NCBI GenBank assembly: GCA_963744995.1
Contig: CAVUWA010000005.1
Location: 1 to 64,000, forward strand
Length of the DNA stretch: 64,000 nucleotides
DNA from: Candidatus Eiseniibacteriota bacterium
GTDB taxonomy: Bacteria > Eisenbacteria > RBG-16-71-46
Direction of reading: 5' to 3'
Numbering within the stretch: the first letter of the stretch is position 1; each line of letters opens with the position of its first letter. Below are positions 57,165 to 64,000 of this stretch, one piece after another. Below the pieces are notes generated by a model. The model saw nothing but the letters and a program-made list of their open reading frames with translations. It made no database searches and was not told the DNA's origin. The position numbers were made by a program, and so were the translations under genes.

Positions 57165-58325
57165 ATGACTTCCGATCGCAGCCACTCACGCCGGGGCGGG
57201 CCGCACGCCGCCCGCCTTCCGTTCGCACCCGCCGCCGGCCGCCCCGGCGCTCTGCTCGCCCTCGCCTTCGCCCTGGCCGTGCTGCCATCGTGCTCCGGCA
57301 AGGCCGGCGGCCAGGCCGGCTTCCAGATGCCGCCCACCCCGGTCGAGATCGCGAGCGTCACGCCCACCACGGTCAGCGACCAGTTCCGGGCACTCGGCAG
57401 CATCGATTCGGACGAACAGATCGACGTCGTCGCCGAGATCAGCGCCAAGGTGCTCGAACTGCCGTTCGCCGAGGGCCAGGCCGTGCGGACGGGACAGGTG
57501 CTCGTGCGGCTCGACGATTCGGAGATCCGGGCACAGGCGCTGCGCGCCGAAGCGGAGCGCGACCGCGCACGCTCGGACTACGAGCGGGCGAAGCAGCTCT
57601 TCGACCGCAACGCGATCTCGGCCAAGGAACTCGAGGACGCGAGCGTGGACCTGCGCGTCGCCGAGGCCGACGAGCAGGTGGCCCGCGCACGCCTCGACAA
57701 AACCGTGATCCGGGCGCCGTTCGCGGGGCTGGTCGGCCGCCGCCGGATCTCCACGGGCGCCTACGTGAGCGTCGGCCAGCAGCTCACCGAGCTCGCGCGC
57801 GTGGACCGCATGCGGGTGACGTTCGCCGCGCCCGAGCGTTACATGGGCGACCTGCGGGTCGGCGTACCGGTGAGCCTCCACACGCCGGCCTATCCCGGCG
57901 TGACCTTCCGCGGCCGCCTGAGCGTGGTGGATCCGATCGTCGATCCCGAGGCCCGAACGGTGCAGCTGGTGGCGAGCGTGCCGAACGAGGGGCGCCGCCT
58001 GCGTCCCGGGATGTCGGCCGACGTGAGCGTGACGATTGCGCAGCGCACGGGCGCGCTGATGGTGCCCGACGAGGCGGTATTCGCCGAGGGCAACCAGGAC
58101 TTCGTGTACGTCGTCCAGGAGGACAGCACCGTCGCGCGCGCCGCGATCCGCCTCGGCACGCGCGACAGCGCCAGAGTCGAGGTCCTGGGCGGCCTCGATG
58201 CCGGGGCGCGCGTCGTGCGGGCCGGCCATCAGAAGCTCTACGACGGCGCGCGTATCCTGCCGGTCTCGAGCGCGGATGGCGCGGGCGGCGAAACGGCCGC
58301 CGCCGGCGCAGGGGACGCCCCTTGA
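57165..58325 (+). CDS. RND efflux membrane fusion protein (lipoprotein)
   Basis: Lipobox LPSC, F.EGQ.V..GQ.L..LD, IRAPFAG, LRPGM. Confidence 0.92.
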   Translation: MTSDRSHSRRGGPHAARLPFAPAAGRPGALLALAFALAVLPSCSGKAGGQAGFQMPPTPVEIASVTPTTVSDQFRALGSIDSDEQIDVVAEISAKVLELPFAEGQAVRTGQVLVRLDDSEIRAQALRAEAERDRARSDYERAKQLFDRNAISAKELEDASVDLRVAEADEQVARARLDKTVIRAPFAGLVGRRRISTGAYVSVGQQLTELARVDRMRVTFAAPERYMGDLRVGVPVSLHTPAYPGVTFRGRLSVVDPIVDPEARTVQLVASVPNEGRRLRPGMSADVSVTIAQRTGALMVPDEAVFAEGNQDFVYVVQEDSTVARAAIRLGTRDSARVEVLGGLDAGARVVRAGHQKLYDGARILPVSSADGAGGETAAAGAGDAP

Positions 58326-61300
58326 AGCTGAGCGAGATCTCGGTCCAGCGGCCCGTGCTCGCCACGGTGCTGAGCCTCACGATCCTGCTGTTCGGTCTGC
58401 TGTCGTTCACGCGGCTGCCGGTGCGCGAGTATCCCGACATCGACTCGCCGGTCGTGAGCGTCAGCACGATCTACCGCGGCGCCAGTGCGCAGGTCGTGGA
58501 GACCGAGATCACCGACGTGCTCGAGGAGCAGCTCTCGACCATCGAGGGCGTCAAGCTCATCACCTCGTCGTCGCGCGAGCAGGTGTCGCGGGTCGCGATC
58601 GAGTTCAACCTGAACCGCGACATCGATCAGGCCGCGAACGACGTGCGCGATCGCGTCTCGCGCGTGCGCGGCTCGCTGCCGACCGACGCCGAGGAACCGG
58701 TGGTCGCCAAGCAGGACGTGAACGCCCAGCCGGTCATGTGGCTGGCCCTGAAGGGCGCGGGCCACAGCCTGCTCGAGCTCTCGGAGTTCGCCCACAACGT
58801 GCTCGAAGAGCGCATCCAGCGCATCGAGGGCGTGGGCTCGGTGTTCGTCGGCGCGTCGCGCCGTTATGCGATGCGGGTGTGGATCGATCCGCAGCGGCTC
58901 GCCTCCTACGGGCTCACCGTGGACGACGTCGAGGCGGCGCTCACCCACGGCAACGCGGAAATCCCCTCCGGACGCGTCGAGGGCGCGGGCCGCGAATTCG
59001 CGGTGCGCACGCGTGGCGAGCTCGCCACCGCGCAGGAGTTCGGCGACATCATCGTGTCCGAGACTCCGGGCGGCCTGATCCGGCTGTCCGACGTCGCCGA
59101 CGTGCGGCTCGGCGCCGAGGACGACCGCTCGGTGGCGCGTTTCGACGGCGTGCCCGCCGTGGGGCTCGGCATCACCAAGCAGCAGAAGGCCAGCACCGTG
59201 GCGGTCGCCGACCGGATCGAGGCGGCGCTGCCGGCGCTACGCGAGCTGCTGCCCGAGGGCATGGAGCTGGTCGCCGCCTACAACGGCTCGACGTTCATCA
59301 AGGACTCGATGCGCGAGGTGGTGATCACGATCGGCATCGCGTTCCTGCTGGTGTTCCTGGTGATCTTCATCTTCCTGGGCTCGCTGCGCGCCACCGTGAT
59401 CCCGGCGGTGGCGATTCCGGTGTCGCTGATCGGCGCGTTCACCGCCACCTACTTCCTCGGCTTCAGCCTCAACATCCTCACCCTGCTCGCGCTGGTGCTC
59501 GCCATCGGACTGGTGGTGGACGACGCCATCATCATGCTCGAGAACATCTACCGGCACATGGAGATGGGCAAGAACCGCTTCCGCGCGGCGCTCGACGGGG
59601 CCAAAGAAATCGGCTTCGCGATCGTCGCGACCACGGTCGCGCTGGTCGCGGTGTTCGTGCCGGTCGCGTTCCTCACCGGCCGCGTCGGGCGGCTGTTCAA
59701 CGAATTCGGCATCGCGGTCGCGGTGTCGGTGCTGATCTCGGGTTTCGTCGCGCTCACCCTGACGCCGATGCTGTGCTCGCTGATGCTCAAACGCCGCCAC
59801 TTCGGCACCGCGGAGGGCGAAGCGCCCGCAGCGGAGGCGGGCGCCGGCGAAGTGCTCGACCTCGAAGAGGCCGTCCCCGGCCCGCAGACGAAGTTCGACG
59901 CTTTCTTCCAGCGCATGGGCGCGGGCTACGAGCGCATTCTCGCGACGCTGCTCCACCACCGCCGCTTCGCCATGCTGGGCACGCTGGTGCTGGTCGCGCT
60001 CATCGCAGTGCTGTTTCGCGCGCTGCCGAGCGAGCTGGTGCCGACCGAGGATCGCGGCCTGATCTTCAATATCGTGCGTGCGCCCGAGGGCTCGACGCTC
60101 GAGTACACCGATCGCTACGTCCGGCAGGCCGAGGCGGTCTACCGCGACGTACCCGAAGTCGATGCCATGTTCACGGCCATCGGGCTCGGTTTCGGCGGAC
60201 CCGGCCGGGTGACCGATGCCTTCATGTTCGTGCGCCTCAAGCACTACGACGAGCGCAAGCGGTCCCAGCAGGCGATCGTGGCGAGCATCTTTCCGCGCAT
60301 CTTCGGCATTCCCGGCGTGCTGGCCTTCCCCATCAATCCGCCGAGCCTGGGCGGCGGCTTCGGCAGTCCGGTGCAGTTCGTGATCAAGGCCGAGACCTAC
60401 GACGACCTGCAGCGCGCGGTATCCGCGATGATGCGCGAGGCGCAGCAGCTCGGCTACCTCGTCAACATGGACTCGGACCTCAAGCTCAACAAGCCGCAGC
60501 TCGAAATCGAGATCGACCGCAACCGTGCGGCCGAGCTGGGCGTCTCGGTCACCGAGATCGGCGGCACCCTGCAAACGCTGCTCGGCGGGCGCACCGTCAC
60601 CAACTTCAAGCGCGGCAGCCGCGAGTACGACGTGATCGTGCAGGTTCCGCCGGCCGAGCGCGCGACCCCGGGGATCATCGACGCGCTCTACGTGCGCGGC
60701 CATCACGGCCTGACCCAGCTCGCCAGCGTCGTCCACGTCGAGCAGAAGGTCTCGCCGCGCGAACTCAACCACTTCAACCGCGAGCGCGCGGCCACGATCA
60801 GCGCGAACCTCGCCCCCGGCGTGACGCTCGGCAAGGCGCTCGCCGACCTGCGCGCGGCGGCGAAGCGCGTGCTGCCGGCCGGCGTCACCACCGATCTCGC
60901 CGGCCAGTCGCGTGAATTCGTCGAATCGAGCGGCGGACTCTACTTCCTGTTCGGCATCGCGCTGGTGTTCATCTTCCTGGTGCTGGCGGCGCAGTTCGAG
61001 AGTTTCATCCACCCGCTGACGATCCTGCTCTCGGTGCCGCTCGCCGTGCTCGGCGCGCTGCTGACGCTCTGGCTGTTCGGCATGACACTCAACATCTATT
61101 CGCAGATCGGTTTGATCATGCTGATCGGCCTGGTGACCAAGAACTCGATCCTGATCGTCGAGTACGCGAACCAGCGTCGCGAACGCGGCCAGCCGCTCGA
61201 GCAGGCGGTGCTCGACGCCGCGCGCATTCGCCTGCGGCCGATCCTGATGACCGCGCTCGCCACGATGATGGGCGTGCTGCCGATCGCGCTCGGCCTCGGC

Positions 61301-61489
61301 GCCGGCGCCGAGTCGCGCAAACCGCTCGGCGCCGCGGTGGTCGGCGGCATGCTGCTCTCCACCTTCCTCACCCTGTTCGTCGTGCCGGTGATGTACACGC
61401 TGCTCGCGCGATTCGAGCGCGAGCGGGCGGAGTCGAAGGTAAGGAAGGCCGTGCCGCACGGCGGCGCGGCGGAGCCGGCCCAGGGGTGA
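58322..61489 (+). CDS. RND efflux permease (AcrB/MexW-like)
   Basis: TTG start, LPVREYP, GLVVDDAI..LEN, GLVTKNSIL, RLRPILMT. Confidence 0.95.
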   Translation: MKLSEISVQRPVLATVLSLTILLFGLLSFTRLPVREYPDIDSPVVSVSTIYRGASAQVVETEITDVLEEQLSTIEGVKLITSSSREQVSRVAIEFNLNRDIDQAANDVRDRVSRVRGSLPTDAEEPVVAKQDVNAQPVMWLALKGAGHSLLELSEFAHNVLEERIQRIEGVGSVFVGASRRYAMRVWIDPQRLASYGLTVDDVEAALTHGNAEIPSGRVEGAGREFAVRTRGELATAQEFGDIIVSETPGGLIRLSDVADVRLGAEDDRSVARFDGVPAVGLGITKQQKASTVAVADRIEAALPALRELLPEGMELVAAYNGSTFIKDSMREVVITIGIAFLLVFLVIFIFLGSLRATVIPAVAIPVSLIGAFTATYFLGFSLNILTLLALVLAIGLVVDDAIIMLENIYRHMEMGKNRFRAALDGAKEIGFAIVATTVALVAVFVPVAFLTGRVGRLFNEFGIAVAVSVLISGFVALTLTPMLCSLMLKRRHFGTAEGEAPAAEAGAGEVLDLEEAVPGPQTKFDAFFQRMGAGYERILATLLHHRRFAMLGTLVLVALIAVLFRALPSELVPTEDRGLIFNIVRAPEGSTLEYTDRYVRQAEAVYRDVPEVDAMFTAIGLGFGGPGRVTDAFMFVRLKHYDERKRSQQAIVASIFPRIFGIPGVLAFPINPPSLGGGFGSPVQFVIKAETYDDLQRAVSAMMREAQQLGYLVNMDSDLKLNKPQLEIEIDRNRAAELGVSVTEIGGTLQTLLGGRTVTNFKRGSREYDVIVQVPPAERATPGIIDALYVRGHHGLTQLASVVHVEQKVSPRELNHFNRERAATISANLAPGVTLGKALADLRAAAKRVLPAGVTTDLAGQSREFVESSGGLYFLFGIALVFIFLVLAAQFESFIHPLTILLSVPLAVLGALLTLWLFGMTLNIYSQIGLIMLIGLVTKNSILIVEYANQRRERGQPLEQAVLDAARIRLRPILMTALATMMGVLPIALGLGAGAESRKPLGAAVVGGMLLSTFLTLFVVPVMYTLLARFERERAESKVRKAVPHGGAAEPAQG

Positions 61490-61620
61490 AGGGGCTCCGC
61501 AACGGGGTGCTTGCGACTCGCGTCCAGGAGCGGCGGCGGCGGCGCGTAACGCTCAGCCCCAGGCACCCGCTCGTCAGGCCGTAGAACGGGCCGATCGCCA
61601 TGTCGATCGCGTTCGCCGAC

Positions 61621-61659
61621 AGCCGCGCGCGCGGGTGCCCTTGACACCCGCGCGCGGCT
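61621..61659. terminator. GC-rich hairpin between convergent genes
   Basis: CGCGCGCGGGTG-N7-CACCCGCGCGCG perfect 12-bp stem, extendable by AGC/GCT; no clear U-tract. Confidence 0.45.
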
Positions 61660-61674
61660 CCCGGCGGCGGCCCT

Positions 61675-64000
61675 TCAGCGCGTCCGCACGAAGCGCTTCG
61701 CGGAGCGCACCGGCCCTGCTTCCAGCGTGACGAAGTAGATCCCGGCGGCCACACGGCGTCCCGACTCGTCACGGCCGTCCCAGTCGAGCGCGTGCACGCC
61801 CGCCGCGCGCACGCCGTGCGCAAGCGATTTCACCCGCCTGCCGCCGACGTCCAGGATCTCCAGCCGCACCTCCCCGGGCGCGGCGAGCGCGAAACGGAAC
61901 GTGGTGGTGCCCGCCGACGGGTTCGGCGCGGGCGGCGCCAGCGTCAGGGCCGTCGCGGGCGGCGCAGGCACGTCGGTGGTCAGCACCTCCGCCGCGATGC
62001 GCCAGATCGAGGGGGGCTGGTCGCCATTCGAGTTGGAAAACGCGACGCCGCCACCCGGGTCGGCCACGTAAAGTGCCCCGTCGCCTCCGAATGCGAGGCA
62101 CTGCGATCCTGAGAGGTTGTTGAACCCCGAGGCGAACACGCTCACCGCGCCGGCCGCGGTCACGCGCAGGATGCGCTCGCCGAGGATGTCGGCGACGAAC
62201 AGGTCGCCGCCGAACTGGCCGGTCGTGTCGAAGGCCATGCCGCTCGCGCCCTGGAGCAGGGGGTCCTGGACGAGCGTCGTCGCGGCGCCGCCCGGCGTCA
62301 GGCGCACGATGCGCCCCGGGCCGTCGGCTGCGGTGCCGAGCGAAGCGAGGTCGGCGTCAGCCACGTAGAGGTCCGTGCCCCACGCGCCGCCCGGCCCGAA
62401 CGCCAGCCCTTCGGCCCCGCCGATGCCGGTCGCGAACGTCTGCAGCGTGCTGATCGGGCTCACCCGTACGACGCGATCACCGGCCGGGTCCCCCATGTAG
62501 AACTGATCGAAGAACGTGGCGTCGCCCCAGGCGCCGGCACCCGTTTCGGTCGCGGTCGAGGCGCCGAGCTTCTGCGTGGTCATGCGGGCGGCATCCACGT
62601 CGTAGAGCCCCGTCTCGTCCACGATGCGCAGCGGTTGGTCGTCCGTCTTCGCGAGCCCCTCGGCGCGCGGCCAGCGCTGATCCCCGAGGAAGTGCCCGGT
62701 GTCGCCGCCCGGCCGGAGCTCGAGCAGGCGCTCGAGCCCCGTGTCAGAGACCAGCAGCGCATCGGGCCCGAGCCATGGCGCAGAGAGCAGCCCCTCCGGG
62801 GCGCGCAGCAGCTGGCGCGCGATCAGGTCCACGCTGTAGCCCGCCTCGACCGAGATGCCGCCGGGCGCGCCCGCCGTCGAGAACGTCGCGGTGACGTCAT
62901 CCAGCGGTCGGCCGCCGTCGGCAGCCACCACGGTCGTGTCGAGCGACCAGGCGAAATCGGTCGACGCCGGCCAGGCCGCCTGCGGGTGGAAGCGCGCCAC
63001 CCGGCCCGCGACCTGCCACGCACCGGCGACCGCCGGCGCAATGTGGAAGGCACCGGCCACGCTCGCGCCCTGGACTTCGCGGTCGAAGACGATGGTGAGC
63101 GGTGAGAAGCGGTCGTTCACGTGCGAATCGTGCCCCGGGTAGAACGAGGTCACGCGCAGCGCGGCGACCGGCGCCGCCGCGCGCGAGGCGAGCGTCTCGA
63201 GGATGCGCACGCCGCGTGCCGGAACGTTCAGCGTCACGACGCCCGACGCCGTGCCGGCGACCTGCGGCTCGAGCGCGTCGCCGTAGGGCGTTCCCGCGGG
63301 CCATGGGCTCGCGACCGCGCGGATCACCGGCAGGTTCGAGGAGTTGACCGCCACCAGCACCGTGTCGGACGGGGTCTGGCGCGAGAACACGTAGAGACCG
63401 GGGCCCGAGGCTTCGGCGTAGAGTTCGGTGAACGCGCCGCGCCTCAAGGCCTCGTGGCGGTCCCGCGTGTCGGCCAGCGAGCGGATGTAGCCGAACAGCG
63501 GGCTCGCGAAGTCGAATCGGTCGCCGGCCGAGGGCCCGAAATCCCACTGCCCGTCCCACATGTCCTCGCGGTTGTAGGGATCGCCGCCGCCGTCGAACGA
63601 CTGCTCGGTGCCGTAGTAGACGATCGGAACGCCGCGCGTCGTCAGCTGGAAACCGAGCGCGGCACGCAGCCGCCCCTCGTCCTTCTCGGCCGGTCCCGCA
63701 AAGGCCATGAAACGCGGCAGGTCGTGGTTGTCGAGGAAGCTCGCGAGCCGCTCGCGGGCGGTCGGGTCGTAGTCGCCGAGGTTCGCGTAGCGGTCGCTGA
63801 TGGCGCTGGCCGGGGCGTTCGAGTCCTCGGCCTCGCGAAACACGTAGTTGGTGGTGAAGTACATCGGGAAGTACAGCGTGGCGTCGAGCTTGAACGGGCC
63901 GCCGCCGACGGTGCCGGTGTACGAGCCGTTTCTGGCGTCGTCGCCGTCGAAGACCTCGCCGAACATGTAGAAATCGTCCTTGCCGATCGACTGCGCATGC
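61675..64000 (-). CDS. Partial GH13 alpha-amylase-family protein with Ig-like, beta-propeller and C-terminal FlgD-Ig/T9SS-like domains
   Basis: FGEVFDG, FLDNHD, RGVP.VYYGTEQ; EGLAFG/YVAD repeats; PNP..LDVGGR..WDGRD.SG..VAAGIYF; frame open to the window edge. Confidence 0.88.
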   Translation of the reverse strand, partial: HAQSIGKDDFYMFGEVFDGDDARNGSYTGTVGGGPFKLDATLYFPMYFTTNYVFREAEDSNAPASAISDRYANLGDYDPTARERLASFLDNHDLPRFMAFAGPAEKDEGRLRAALGFQLTTRGVPIVYYGTEQSFDGGGDPYNREDMWDGQWDFGPSAGDRFDFASPLFGYIRSLADTRDRHEALRRGAFTELYAEASGPGLYVFSRQTPSDTVLVAVNSSNLPVIRAVASPWPAGTPYGDALEPQVAGTASGVVTLNVPARGVRILETLASRAAAPVAALRVTSFYPGHDSHVNDRFSPLTIVFDREVQGASVAGAFHIAPAVAGAWQVAGRVARFHPQAAWPASTDFAWSLDTTVVAADGGRPLDDVTATFSTAGAPGGISVEAGYSVDLIARQLLRAPEGLLSAPWLGPDALLVSDTGLERLLELRPGGDTGHFLGDQRWPRAEGLAKTDDQPLRIVDETGLYDVDAARMTTQKLGASTATETGAGAWGDATFFDQFYMGDPAGDRVVRVSPISTLQTFATGIGGAEGLAFGPGGAWGTDLYVADADLASLGTAADGPGRIVRLTPGGAATTLVQDPLLQGASGMAFDTTGQFGGDLFVADILGERILRVTAAGAVSVFASGFNNLSGSQCLAFGGDGALYVADPGGGVAFSNSNGDQPPSIWRIAAEVLTTDVPAPPATALTLAPPAPNPSAGTTTFRFALAAPGEVRLEILDVGGRRVKSLAHGVRAAGVHALDWDGRDESGRRVAAGIYFVTLEAGPVRSAKRFVRTR

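Noticed and set aside
7500..64000. Many long overlapping or antisense ORFs rich in Arg/Ala/Pro/Gly (e.g. 24566-27085 +, 28281-30548 +, 42024-45212 -, 51294-54254 -, 59237-61459 -)
   Set aside because: Shadow frames of real genes in very high-GC DNA; no family motifs
1..64000. CRISPR array, cas genes, IS transposase or prophage
   Set aside because: No regularly spaced direct repeats or recognisable cas, transposase or phage proteins found by eye

Overview
The window looks like two different DNAs joined at about 7.41 kb. Bases 1-7410 are roughly 50% GC by eye (Chloroflexota/Anaerolineae-like, inferred) and heavily broken. They hold an ECF sigma/anti-sigma pair, a deiodinase-like gene remnant, a TlpA, a frameshifted Tes/GDGT-MAS(MJ0619)-family radical SAM with a methyltransferase, and a frameshifted DUF547 gene. 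Bases 7410-64000 are above 70% GC by eye and mostly intact; repeated C-terminal FlgD-Ig/T9SS-like domains and a GWxTD protein suggest a Ca. Eisenbacteria-like organism (inferred). This part holds: (i) an 18-gene minus-strand Wzx/Wzy exopolysaccharide operon ending in exosortase-EpsI-membrane protein-TPR lipoprotein, with two phosphoglycosyl transferase fusions, one apparently catalytically dead; (ii) tRNA-Glu, tRNA-Gln and gltX; (iii) a twice-frameshifted C25 gingipain-like secreted protein; (iv) a solute-binding protein, M24 peptidase, UvrD-nuclease and inositol monophosphatase; (v) an internally deleted secreted-protein gene beside a DUF222-like/HNH/RuvA-C gene; (vi) a response regulator and GWxTD-TPR protein; (vii) an ArsR-headed metal operon of FTR1-DUF2318 fusion, two MacB-type permeases, an ABC ATPase fused to a DtxR-like metal-binding domain, and a rhodanese-methyltransferase; (viii) an RND pair and a partial GH13 protein. 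The best candidate for a little-described system is the metal operon (vii). All family calls come from reading motifs by eye; no searches were run.
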